DNA of 64,000 nt from Patescibacteria group bacterium (lineage in GTDB: Bacteria; Patescibacteriota; Patescibacteriia; Buchananbacterales; UBA6539), in assembly GCA_034003985.1 (NCBI GenBank), contig JAVEXP010000001.1:1574-65573 (forward strand). Reading direction: 5' to 3'. Shown here one piece after another: positions 30,923-43,367 of the stretch. The position numbers were made by a program, and so were the translations under genes. The notes under the pieces are model-generated. The model was not told the origin of the DNA. It did no database searches and was given only the letters and a program-made list of their open reading frames with translations. How positions within the stretch are numbered: the stretch's first letter is position 1; every line of letters begins with the position of its first letter.

Positions 30923-33181
30923 ATGTATTTAGTAATAAAAAAGTTATGGCCTATAATGATTTTATTGACCTTGTCGGTCTTATTTTTTATTCCGTTTTGG
31001 GCAACCAAGACCATTCCTTATAGTGGCGACTTTACCGGCAGTGATTTGACCGAATTGAATTTGCCACTGCGTTTTATGGCTGCTTCCGCTTGGCAGGCAG
31101 GCCAAGTGCCGCTGCAAAGCAATTTGTTGGCTGCTGGTTTTCCGCTGCTGGCCGAAGGTCAGGCCGGGGTGTTTTATCCGTTAAATTTTTTGTATATATT
31201 TTTACCTTTTTGGCTGGCAATAAATATTTCACTGTTATTAAATTTTTTCTTGGCCGCCTTGTTTAGCCATTGGTATTTTCGCAGTTTGAAGGTTAGCCAG
31301 GCCGGATCGCTATTTGCCGCGATAGCTTTTAGCTTTGGCGGATTTTTTATTTTTAGATTGAAACATCTTAATTTAATAAATGCCGCGATTTGGCTGCCCT
31401 TGTTATTTTATTTGATTGAAAAATATTTTACAGCCAAGAAAAAATATTTAGTCGTTGCTTGCTGGCCGTTGGTTTTAGCTGTTCAATTTTTTGCCGGCCA
31501 TCCCCAGATTACCTATGTGACGGCAATTAGCGCGATGGTATATTTTGGTTTACGGTTATGGCAGGAAGAAGGTAATAATATAAAATCGGTAATTTTAAAG
31601 TTTGGGTTGATTTGGCTAGCGGTTGGGATTTTGGCTTTAGGGCTGAGCGCTATCCAGCTTTTGCCAACCCTGGTAAATTCCTTGGACTCCGGCCGCAGCA
31701 TCTCGCTGGACTATAGCCAAATTGTGCGTTTGGCTTATCCGGTTGCCAGTCTGGCGTTTTTTGTCAGTCCTTATATTTATGGCAACCCGGCGGAAAATAG
31801 CTTTGTTAATAATTTTCAAGCCTTTGGTGTTTTTTGGGAAAATAATATTTATTTTGGATTATTACCGTTGATTTTGGCTTTAGTGGCGATACTATTTTTA
31901 TTTGCTAAGAATAAGCTGGTCAGAATTCTGACGGTTTTTTCGCTATGCTGCTGGTTGGTAGTTTTTCAAGATTTAAGCCCGGTATTTATTATTTTATGGA
32001 AAACCTTTCCAGGGTTTGAAATGTTTAGATTTCATCAGCGTTTTTTACTGCCGATTTTATTGGTTTTGACGGCTTTAGCTGGTTTGGGGTTTGATTATTT
32101 TTGGCAAGAATTAAGAAGAATAAAACCGCGTTTTCGGATATTGGCAAAATCAAAAATGTTTTTTTCTTGGCTGCTGCCGTTGTTGTTAATTTTGGTATTA
32201 TTGGTTGATTTGTATGTAATGGCAACCCATTATTTGGGGATGGCTGATATGGATAGTTATTTTAACCAACCCGAAACGGTTAACTTTTTGAAGACTGATC
32301 AAACAAATTTTCGAATTTACAGCATTGGCTGGCCCCAAGCCTGGCAATCGGTCAATGAATTGGCGGGCGGGTGGAATAATAATCTGGCTTTGCAAACAGA
32401 ATGGCGCCAGATAGTCCCACCGAACTCAAATGTCTTTTGGGGGATTGCTTCGGCTCAGGATCGAGCTTCGCTAGAAGGCGGAATGCTGGATAGATATTCT
32501 CATTTTTTACAGAATCAGATTTTACTCCAGACTAATCAAGAGTCGGCCACCACCAGTTTGGAAATAAATAGTTCAACCTTAAATTTAATGACGCTTTATA
32601 ATGTAAAATATCTTTTAGCTTTTAAAGAGCTAAGCAATTCTAATTTAGTTTTGACTGATAGAATCAGTAACACTTTGGTTCCTTCGGTTAAGGTCTATCA
32701 AAATACCAAACAGCTGGGGTTGGCATACGGAGTGTTTAAGGTGATTGAGGCCACCAGTACCGCCGAGATGCTTAACTTAGTCTTGGATGATGATTTTGAC
32801 CCAACCGAAGAGATTGTTTTGGTTGACTTGCCGGTTAGTAAGAATAATGAAGAAGATCAGGCGACTTCAACGGTTAATATTATAAATCAGAATAATGCCG
32901 CTTATGCTTTGACGGTTGATTTTTCGGCTGACGGTTACTTATTTATCAGTCAGATTTTTGACAATGGCTGGCAGGCCAAAGTTGATGGCCGGGCGGTAAG
33001 TTTATTGCGTGCAAATTTTGCGTTTATGGCCTTGCCACTAGCCAGTGGTTATCATGAAATTGAATTAACTTATTGGCCAAAAGAATTCAGTTGGGGATTA
33101 ATATTATCCCTGGTCAGCCTGGTAGCCTTAATCGGCTGGATAGCAATATATCTTTTGTTAGTGGAGAAAAAGCATGATTAA
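30923..33181 (+). CDS. YfhO family membrane protein (putative GT-C glycosyltransferase)
   Basis: GFPLLAEGQAGVFYP, GHPQ, QLLPT, YFG, GWQAKVDG...RANFAFMAL...G.HEIEL.Y.P. Confidence 0.88.
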   Translation: MYLVIKKLWPIMILLTLSVLFFIPFWATKTIPYSGDFTGSDLTELNLPLRFMAASAWQAGQVPLQSNLLAAGFPLLAEGQAGVFYPLNFLYIFLPFWLAINISLLLNFFLAALFSHWYFRSLKVSQAGSLFAAIAFSFGGFFIFRLKHLNLINAAIWLPLLFYLIEKYFTAKKKYLVVACWPLVLAVQFFAGHPQITYVTAISAMVYFGLRLWQEEGNNIKSVILKFGLIWLAVGILALGLSAIQLLPTLVNSLDSGRSISLDYSQIVRLAYPVASLAFFVSPYIYGNPAENSFVNNFQAFGVFWENNIYFGLLPLILALVAILFLFAKNKLVRILTVFSLCCWLVVFQDLSPVFIILWKTFPGFEMFRFHQRFLLPILLVLTALAGLGFDYFWQELRRIKPRFRILAKSKMFFSWLLPLLLILVLLVDLYVMATHYLGMADMDSYFNQPETVNFLKTDQTNFRIYSIGWPQAWQSVNELAGGWNNNLALQTEWRQIVPPNSNVFWGIASAQDRASLEGGMLDRYSHFLQNQILLQTNQESATTSLEINSSTLNLMTLYNVKYLLAFKELSNSNLVLTDRISNTLVPSVKVYQNTKQLGLAYGVFKVIEATSTAEMLNLVLDDDFDPTEEIVLVDLPVSKNNEEDQATSTVNIINQNNAAYALTVDFSADGYLFISQIFDNGWQAKVDGRAVSLLRANFAFMALPLASGYHEIELTYWPKEFSWGLILSLVSLVALIGWIAIYLLLVEKKHD

Positions 33182-34583
33182 AGACAAAATCCATAATGTC
33201 ACCAATTTAGCTTATTTGGCAATAGCCCACATTTTAATTTTGCTGGGTTACGCTGTTAATAAAGCCTTATTTCATAATCAAACCCAGCTTTGGCTACTGT
33301 TTTTGGGCTGGGTATTTTTGCTTATTCTATTTTGGCAAAAGAAATCCGTGGTTTTTAATTTTTCATTGTCGGCTGAAAAGATTTTAATTTTGACTGGCTT
33401 GGTAAGTTTTGGTTTGTTTTATATTTTTGATGGGGGAATTGATCTGTGGTCCAAGCAAGCTTATATTAATATTGTTAAACTGAAATTTTTGGCTTTGGGA
33501 TTATTTATGCTTTATTTGGTTGAATTTAATTTTAGTCATCACGGCACCTTGTCTGTTTTGTTGAAACATCTGCAAAAAAATAAATTTTGGTATTTAGTAA
33601 TTGTAGCATTAATAATAAATTTGACGACAATATTTTATTCCCCGATCCCCAAAATTGATGTTTATTGGGTGTTTGACGGCGGGGCTCAGTCAGTTATTGA
33701 AGGCCAAAATCCTTATGCCGCGACATTTTATAATCCCTATTCGCCGCAGGCCTGTGACAAGCTATATGGCACAAGTGATTGCGAAAATAAATTTTATTCT
33801 TATTTAACTACTGCGCTGGTTGCCACAACAGCCAGCAAATGGCTGTTTGGCGACATCAGGTTTGCTTTTATAGCTTCAATTTTTGGCATGGGCTTGATTA
33901 TCTTTTTGCTTTTGAAAGAGCGCTTTAAAGAAAATCGTCAACCAATGGAGCTGCTGATTTTATTGTTGCTTTATTTGCCTTTGGGAAATTATGTACTGGA
34001 ACAAAGTTGGGTCGAAAGTTTGGCCGGGTTGGTTTTCTATTTGTTTGTTTATCTGGCCTTGTCGGGTTATCGTTATTGGCCATATTTAATTTTTGGTTTA
34101 TTTTTAGCTACCAAACAAACGATGTGGATTTTTATTCCTTTTGTATTAAAATTTCAGGGGTTGAATTATAAAAAAGTATTATTGTCGCTGGTAACTTTTT
34201 TGGTCTTGACTTTGCCGTTTTTGTTTTGGGGCGCGGCCGATTATTGGGAAGATATTTTTTTAAATCAATGGCATTATCGCGATGCCTTGCATTCATTATC
34301 TTTCAATACCTTGAATAAGCTTTTTTTCTATGATCTAATTCATTATAATTTTTGGTATTTGGGATTCTTGTCGGGGTTGTTTATTTGGTTGTGGTGGAAA
34401 ACTAAGCGTGATTGGCAATCGATTATTCAGGCAGTAGTGGTATTAATGATGGCTTTATTCATAGTTAAGCGGGGATTTGCCAATTATTATTATGGTATTT
34501 CTTTGTTTATAATATTACTGATGACCTTGGAGTTAAGAAAAATTAATTCTAATTTTGATGATCACCAAAGATCAATTGGATAA
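33174..34583 (+). CDS. Polytopic membrane protein, probable GT-C glycosyltransferase (GT87/DUF2029-like)
   Basis: IDV, GQNPY, GDIR, ATKQ, LPF, FANYY; many TM segments. Confidence 0.65.
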   Translation: MIKDKIHNVTNLAYLAIAHILILLGYAVNKALFHNQTQLWLLFLGWVFLLILFWQKKSVVFNFSLSAEKILILTGLVSFGLFYIFDGGIDLWSKQAYINIVKLKFLALGLFMLYLVEFNFSHHGTLSVLLKHLQKNKFWYLVIVALIINLTTIFYSPIPKIDVYWVFDGGAQSVIEGQNPYAATFYNPYSPQACDKLYGTSDCENKFYSYLTTALVATTASKWLFGDIRFAFIASIFGMGLIIFLLLKERFKENRQPMELLILLLLYLPLGNYVLEQSWVESLAGLVFYLFVYLALSGYRYWPYLIFGLFLATKQTMWIFIPFVLKFQGLNYKKVLLSLVTFLVLTLPFLFWGAADYWEDIFLNQWHYRDALHSLSFNTLNKLFFYDLIHYNFWYLGFLSGLFIWLWWKTKRDWQSIIQAVVVLMMALFIVKRGFANYYYGISLFIILLMTLELRKINSNFDDHQRSIG

Positions 34584-35170
34584 AATTCATAAAGCCGTCC
34601 CGGTTGATTATTATGAGGCCGGTTTGAAATATAATCCCTTTCAGCGTTATTGGCATAACAGAAGGTTTAAATTAGTTACGGCAAAATTAAAAGATTTGCA
34701 GTTGAAAGGTAGGATTCTTGATTTAGGTTGCCATAGCGGCGACTTAACTAATGTTATTAAAAAAGCCACAGGCAATGAAGTTTTTGGATTGGACATCTCG
34801 GAAAAATCAATTGAATATGCCAAACGGCGTTTCCCCGATATTAATTTTTACAGTGTCGATTTTCCGGCCGAAAAAATTTTTGCTGCCAGCCACTTTGAAG
34901 CGATAACCTGTTTTGATGTGATGGAACATTTGCCTGACTTGGAAGATGTTATTTGCGAGATCAGACGGATGTTGGTTTCGGGAGGATATCTGATTATGGC
35001 AATTCCCAACGAGAATTTGTTGTTTAAAATAGTTTGGTGGTGGTGGCTGAAGTTTAACGGCCGGGTGTGGGAGGATGTCCATGTCCATAATTTTCGCCAG
35101 GAAGGGTTTAAATTATTTGAGGAAAATAATTTTTAGAATGTGGCACTTCATAATTTTTCAAAAAAAATAA
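34555..35170 (+). pseudogene. Class I SAM-dependent methyltransferase, apparently frameshifted near its 3' end (ORF stops at 35136; likely original end TAA at 35168-35170)
   Basis: ILDLGCHSG, GLDIS, FDVMEH motifs; +1-frame tail MWHFIIFQKK* whose stop overlaps the next ATG. Confidence 0.6.
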
Positions 35171-36993
35171 TGCCGAGGTTGAAGCAGTCAAAAATCAGCC
35201 GGAATTTTTTGTTGGGTTCGCTGGTTTTTACTTTGACGATGGCAGTTTATTTGTTTACCTTGGCGCCAACAATCACCATGGAAGATAGCGGCGAACTGGT
35301 AACGGCGGCTTATACCTTGGGAATCGCCCATCCGCCGGGATTTCCTTTGTGGGTTTTGCTTGGAAAATTATTTACTTTTATACCTTTGGGGACAATTGCT
35401 TGGCGGCTTAATTTAATGTCGGCCTTTTGGGGCGCTTTGGCCGCCGGCTTGTTTGCCGTATTAATCAATCGTTTAACCAACCGCTGGTGGTTAGGGCTGG
35501 CTTTTAGTTTGATTTTGGCTTTCAGTCCGATTTATTGGTCGCAAAGCGTCATCGCCGAGGTGTACACCCTGAATATATTTTTTGTAATTCTATCAAGTTT
35601 GTTGTTGGTAATTTGGCAAGAGAAACGCGCAGATAAATATTTATTGTGGTTTGCACTATTATTTGGTTTAAGCTTGACCAACCACACCATGATGATTTTG
35701 CTCGCCCCGGCCTTTGCTTTGTTTATCATGGTTGTTGATCATAAAATTTTTAGTAAATGGCAATTAATTCTGAAAATGTTGTTGCTGGCATTGGTTGGTT
35801 TCAGCGTTTATTTATATTTGCCTTGGCGCGCGGCAATGCATCCGGTCTTTAATTGGGGGCCGATTACTACTTGGCAGGATGTAATCGTCCATATTGCCAG
35901 AGCCCAGTATAACGATTTTGATCTGCTGGGTGCTTGGCACGGCAAAACGGGGATTATCGTATCTTTCTTTTTTACCATCTATCAAGATTTTTTTGCACCG
36001 ACGCTGTTATTGGCTGCCGCCGGACTGATTTATCTTTGGAGAAAAAACAATCCTTTGGCCATTCTGACTGCCGGAGTATTTTTAGGCAACAGTTTGGGGA
36101 TAATTTATTTAAGAAAATTCGGCTGGGGCATAGGCATTGACTACACTTATCGAGTGTATTATTTGCCGGCCTTTATGATAGTGATATTTTGGTCGGCATT
36201 AATTGTCTCTTACCTTAATGATTTGTTGGTTGATTTTTTTAAAACCAAAAAATTAATTTGGTTGAGGGCTAGTCAGTTGGTTTTTGGTTTAATGGTCGTT
36301 TCTTTGCCTCTTAGCTTTCTGACTGGTAATTACCGGGGAAATGATTTAAGCGATTTTTGGCTGAATTATGATTATGGCCGTAATCTTTTGAACAGTTTGG
36401 AGCCAAATAGCGTTTATTATTTTGCTTATGACGGTAGCCTTCACGGCGATACGGAAATTTTTACCCTGCTGTATTTGCAAATTGTCGAAGGTCAACGCCC
36501 GGATGTCTCGGTTGTTTCCGAATCAAATATTTTGAATTATCGGGTAAGAATCAAAGTTCCGCCAAGCCATTTTAAATTGGATTTTGAACAGCGGCGAGGG
36601 GAAATTTTGCACTTGCTTAATGAAGTCAAAGATCGGCCCAAATACGCTAATTTCTCGGTTGGTTCAGGTAATAACGATTTGGGGTTGTTTAGCCTGACTA
36701 ACGGCTATGCCCATAAAATTTTTGGCAATATTCAGGAAGCTACCCCATCAGCCTGGCGCCTTGACTTGGCCGCCTTGCGCGGGTTAGACCAGATTGATGA
36801 AGCCAGTCCTTACCCGGTTCGCGGCTTGGTAGCTCATTATTATTACAACTTGGCGGCGCGGTATTTAGTCGACGGCAACCAAGACAAGTCGACAGCATAT
36901 CTAATTAAAGCATTCAACCTTGATGCCGTCCCTTTCGGCCATGAATATCAGCGTTTTTTGGGTTATCGCGGGGATTGGCACGCAGCTTGGTAG
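35170..36993 (+). CDS. DUF2723/TMEM260-like GT-C glycosyltransferase (start moved to ATG 35170)
   Basis: LAPTITMEDSGELVTAAYTLGIAHPPGFPL, AEVY, NH, YLYLP.RA...P..NWG, RPDV. Confidence 0.88.
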   Translation: MPRLKQSKISRNFLLGSLVFTLTMAVYLFTLAPTITMEDSGELVTAAYTLGIAHPPGFPLWVLLGKLFTFIPLGTIAWRLNLMSAFWGALAAGLFAVLINRLTNRWWLGLAFSLILAFSPIYWSQSVIAEVYTLNIFFVILSSLLLVIWQEKRADKYLLWFALLFGLSLTNHTMMILLAPAFALFIMVVDHKIFSKWQLILKMLLLALVGFSVYLYLPWRAAMHPVFNWGPITTWQDVIVHIARAQYNDFDLLGAWHGKTGIIVSFFFTIYQDFFAPTLLLAAAGLIYLWRKNNPLAILTAGVFLGNSLGIIYLRKFGWGIGIDYTYRVYYLPAFMIVIFWSALIVSYLNDLLVDFFKTKKLIWLRASQLVFGLMVVSLPLSFLTGNYRGNDLSDFWLNYDYGRNLLNSLEPNSVYYFAYDGSLHGDTEIFTLLYLQIVEGQRPDVSVVSESNILNYRVRIKVPPSHFKLDFEQRRGEILHLLNEVKDRPKYANFSVGSGNNDLGLFSLTNGYAHKIFGNIQEATPSAWRLDLAALRGLDQIDEASPYPVRGLVAHYYYNLAARYLVDGNQDKSTAYLIKAFNLDAVPFGHEYQRFLGYRGDWHAAW

Positions 36994-37016
36994 TTCTTGG
37001 TTAAGCTAGTGATTTC

Positions 37017-37025
37017 TGTTATACT
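37017..37025 (+). promoter_or_regulatory. Extended -10 promoter for pilin gene copy 2
   Basis: TGTTATACT upstream of SD AAAGGAGGTG. Confidence 0.5.
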
Positions 37026-37072
37026 AAAAGTAGCCTAAAATTAAAATAACTTTGGGAAAGGAGGTGGAAAAA

Positions 37073-37537
37073 ATGAAAAAGAAAGGTTTTACTCTTATTG
37101 AACTGTTGGTGGTTATCGCCATCATCGGTTTACTTTCAACCTTGGCGGTCGTGGCGTTGAATTCGGCCAGGCTAAAAGCCCGAGATGCCAAACGGGTTTC
37201 AGATATTAAGCAGATTCAAACAGCGTTGGAACTTTATTACAGCGATGAAAACAGCTATCCGACTGCTGGCGGCGGCAGCTATATTTTGGGAGATGATGTG
37301 ACTTGTTTGGGATCAGGCGGCTTTGGCACGGCTTGCGATGCGCCGGTTTATATGGGCTTAATTCCATCAGACCCAACCGCGGCCAGAACCTATGTTTATG
37401 AATCACAAGCGGAGCTTGGAGGCATCTGTTCACCACCGTCACCTTGTCCGACCTATAGCATAACTTTTGAATTAGAAGGTACCACCGGCGGTCTTGATGC
37501 TGGAACTCATGTTGCCAGTCAGGACGGAATTCAATAA
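37073..37537 (+). CDS. Type IV major pilin, copy 2 (start moved to ATG 37073)
   Basis: SD AAAGGAGGTG; MKKKG|FTLIELLVVIAIIG; paralog of 30403..30843. Confidence 0.93.
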   Translation: MKKKGFTLIELLVVIAIIGLLSTLAVVALNSARLKARDAKRVSDIKQIQTALELYYSDENSYPTAGGGSYILGDDVTCLGSGGFGTACDAPVYMGLIPSDPTAARTYVYESQAELGGICSPPSPCPTYSITFELEGTTGGLDAGTHVASQDGIQ

Positions 37538-37554
37538 TCTTAATTGCAGCTTAA

Positions 37555-37601
37555 AAAGCAAAAACCTTGCCATAAATTGGCAAGGTTTTTGCTTTCTTTT
37601 T
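37555..37601 (+). terminator. Intrinsic terminator after pilin copy 2
   Basis: AAAGCAAAAACCTTGCCA / TGGCAAGGTTTTTGCTTT inverted repeat followed by T run. Confidence 0.85.
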
Positions 37602-37672
37602 GGTTTGCCTTATTTGGTTGATCAGGGTAAAATTACAATATAATCATTAATTTCTGGCAACTATCGGGATTT

Positions 37673-38419
37673 ATGGTCGGAGTATTAATTTTCATTTTAG
37701 GAATTGCTTTGGGAAGTTTTTTTAATGTCGTGGTTTATCGTTTGGCCAATGACAAGTCTTTTTTGAACGGCCGATCTTTTTGTCCTGACTGCCGCCAGCA
37801 AATTGCCTGGTATGACAATATACCACTGCTTAGTTTTATGATATTGCGCGGAAGGTGCCGACATTGTCGGCAGCAGATATCGTGGCAGTATCCGGCAGTG
37901 GAATTGGCCACGGGATTAATTTTTATCTGGCTGTATTACTCCTCGGGGTTGAATATCAAATTATTTGCTCATCTGGTGTTTGCCAGTTTTTTGATATTGA
38001 TATTTGTTTATGATTTAAAATATTATCAGATTTTGGATCGGATCAGCCTGCCGGCAATTTGCCTGGCGTTGATTTTTAATTTATATTTGGGCTTTGATTT
38101 TTCCAATTTATTGTTGGGGGCCCTGATTGGCAGCGGGTTTTTTGCCGTTCAATTTTTCGGATCCAAAGGCAAATGGGTGGGCGATGGCGACATCAGATTG
38201 GGAGCTTTGATGGGCTTGATTTTAGGATGGCAAATTTTGTTAGTGGCTTTATTTATCGCTTATTTGGTTGGGGCGGCGGTCGGATTATTTTTAATCGTTA
38301 CCGATAAAAAGAAAATGTCTTCGGCCTTGCCGTTTGGCCCGTTTCTATCTGGTGCAACTTTGGTGGCAATGATTTATGGCAAACAATTATTGTCGTGGTA
38401 TCTTAATTTAATTTATTGA
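37673..38419 (+). CDS. pilD: Prepilin peptidase PilD
   Basis: GSFFNVV.YR, SFCPDC, NIPLLSF...GRCRHC, GDGD, PFGPFL. Confidence 0.95.
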   Translation: MVGVLIFILGIALGSFFNVVVYRLANDKSFLNGRSFCPDCRQQIAWYDNIPLLSFMILRGRCRHCRQQISWQYPAVELATGLIFIWLYYSSGLNIKLFAHLVFASFLILIFVYDLKYYQILDRISLPAICLALIFNLYLGFDFSNLLLGALIGSGFFAVQFFGSKGKWVGDGDIRLGALMGLILGWQILLVALFIAYLVGAAVGLFLIVTDKKKMSSALPFGPFLSGATLVAMIYGKQLLSWYLNLIY

Positions 38420-39030
38420 TGAGTGTTTTATCAAAAAAAACAGAGTTAGGATTTACCTTGATAGATTTATTGGCCTCAACGGTTATTTTGATTATTATGT
38501 TTTCTTTTGTGTTGGCGAATTTTCGGGTGGCCGGTTCAAGCGGTCAGCTGGAAATCGCTTTGAAAGAAGTTTTGGCCAGCATTAATGGTGTTAAAGGCTC
38601 AACTTTGGGCGGCCGGGTAATGGCTGATGGTGATTTTCCCGAGGGCGGCTATGCCGTTCATTTGGAGAAAGGCACCTCAGACAGCAATAAGGTTTTTAGC
38701 TATGCGGTTTTAGACCCAGAAAATAACGGCTTGGCCGAAGGCCAAGTGCTGACCGGCGGGCAAGTAGTATTGACTAATGTTCAAGTCGCTGAACTTTGCG
38801 GTTTGGCACAGTCAACCGTTACCAATTTGCCGTGCCAGGGACTGGAATGGCAGGATGCCGGCAATTATTTGGAAATAATATTTGTTAGCCCGGAGCTGAT
38901 TGCCGTCAACCATCAGTTGGGCAGTGGTTTTAGGACCGTTGGCGGAGTGCTGGAGCATCAAAAAACCGGCCAAAGGGTTTATTTTTATGTTTCCTTGGAT
39001 TCAGGCTTGATTGTCGGTGATAATCTATGA
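38416..39030 (+). CDS. Minor pilin-like protein (FimT/GspH position), Asp at +5
   Basis: G|FTLIDLLASTVIL hydrophobic helix. Confidence 0.75.
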   Translation: MMSVLSKKTELGFTLIDLLASTVILIIMFSFVLANFRVAGSSGQLEIALKEVLASINGVKGSTLGGRVMADGDFPEGGYAVHLEKGTSDSNKVFSYAVLDPENNGLAEGQVLTGGQVVLTNVQVAELCGLAQSTVTNLPCQGLEWQDAGNYLEIIFVSPELIAVNHQLGSGFRTVGGVLEHQKTGQRVYFYVSLDSGLIVGDNL

Positions 39031-39587
39031 TTGTAGCAAAATCAAAAATCGGTCAAAGTTTGTTGGAGGTGGTTTTTTCGATTGCCATTTTATTGATGGT
39101 GGTAATGGCGGTTTTGGCTTTAACAATCGGTAATATCAGCGGCCAAAAAGAAAGTGAGTCCCAGGTGATCGCCAATAATTTGGCGCGAGAGGCAATTGAG
39201 GTGATTCGTAACATTCGTGACAGCAATTGGCTGGCCGGCCGCAACTGGGACGAAGGTTTGGCCGCCGGCAGTCAAGCAATTGTCGCTTTTGATCGCCAGG
39301 CCAATACTTGGTCTTTGCAGTTTGACACGAGTAATTGGGATTTATATATTTCTCCCCAAGGCAGTTATAGCCATGAGGTGCTGGCTGATAGTCAGCTAAC
39401 CAGTTTTAGGCGGGTGGTTTATTTTTCTGATATTTGTTTGTCGGCTGGTGGTCAAGAGGAAATCAGGGATGATTGCGGCGGGGGGCAGACCAAAATCGGC
39501 GCCAAACTGACCGCGGAGGTTAGTTGGAACGACCGGGGTAAGAATCGCCGGATTAAGATTGAAGATTTGTTGTATGCTTGGAAATAG
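39027..39587 (+). CDS. Minor pilin (PilV-like)
   Basis: G|QSLLEVVFSIAIL; A.NLAREAIE.IRNIRDSNW. Confidence 0.85.
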   Translation: MIVAKSKIGQSLLEVVFSIAILLMVVMAVLALTIGNISGQKESESQVIANNLAREAIEVIRNIRDSNWLAGRNWDEGLAAGSQAIVAFDRQANTWSLQFDTSNWDLYISPQGSYSHEVLADSQLTSFRRVVYFSDICLSAGGQEEIRDDCGGGQTKIGAKLTAEVSWNDRGKNRRIKIEDLLYAWK

Positions 39588-40326
39588 TAAAAATAAAATT
39601 TTTTCAGCCAAGACCAAACCAGCGGGATTCACGCTGATGGAGATTTTGGTGGTGATGGCGATTTTTTCGATTCTGGGCGTGGTGATTATTAATGTTTTTA
39701 TTTTAGCCCTCAATTCCCAGCGCCAGGTGTCTTTAAAACAAAAATCTTTAAACAGCGTCCGGTCGGTGTTAGAAGCTATTACTCGCCAGGCCAGAACCGG
39801 AGAATTTGTTTATCAGTTGGATTACAACCTTGATGATCCGGATGAGCCGGGCATTTTTGGATGGGAAAGCGAGGTTCACTTTATTGACTCTCAAGGCCGA
39901 GCTCTGGGGTTTTATTTGGATCAAGACACTAAAGAAGTTATGATGAACATTGACGGCGAAGAATCAAGATTGTCCGACCGCCGCGAGGTTCTAGTCAAAT
40001 CGTTATTGTTTTATATCAGCCCGGTTACCGATCCCTTTGTTCAAGAGAGATGCAATGATGCTGTTAATCAGGAAAATTGTCTGTTGCCTAATGCCTGTAC
40101 GGTTGATGATGAGGCGTCCGGCAGCCGAGTTGGATTTTGCGGTTGTACCGATGACGCGGATTGCTCAAATCGACATTGTGATTTAACCGAAAGAATTTGT
40201 TTGCCGTTTGATCAACAGCCGTTGTTGACGATTGTAATCGGATTTGAATCGAGTGCTTTGAAGCTGGAAGATCGCAAGGAAATTTTTGTCCAAACCTCAG
40301 TTTCTAACAGGGTATACAAACGCTAG
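39574..40326 (+). CDS. Minor pilin (PilW-like) with Cys-rich insert (start probably ATG 39574)
   Basis: G|FTLMEILVVMAIFS; QTSVS.R C-terminus; 8-Cys segment. Confidence 0.85.
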   Translation: MLGNSKNKIFSAKTKPAGFTLMEILVVMAIFSILGVVIINVFILALNSQRQVSLKQKSLNSVRSVLEAITRQARTGEFVYQLDYNLDDPDEPGIFGWESEVHFIDSQGRALGFYLDQDTKEVMMNIDGEESRLSDRREVLVKSLLFYISPVTDPFVQERCNDAVNQENCLLPNACTVDDEASGSRVGFCGCTDDADCSNRHCDLTERICLPFDQQPLLTIVIGFESSALKLEDRKEIFVQTSVSNRVYKR

Positions 40327-40328
40327 CT

Positions 40329-43288
<2,960 letters not shown>

Positions 43289-43308
43289 ATTTTTTTGAAA
43301 TAAAAAAA

Positions 43309-43337
43309 GAAAGCGGGCCGGGGCAGGTCCGCCTTTT
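43309..43337. terminator. Probable bidirectional terminator between ligA and glgC
   Basis: GCGGGCC/GGTCCGC stem flanked by an A run and a T run. Confidence 0.55.
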
Positions 43338-43367
43338 GATTAGGAACGATCGCCGCTTGGCTGGCGC

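Noticed and set aside
35134-35142. In-frame TAG between the methyltransferase and DUF2723 ORFs as possible readthrough or pyrrolysine fusion
   Set aside because: No pyl genes are seen, TAG is a normal stop elsewhere in the window, and the +1-frame tail with TAATG coupling explains the junction better
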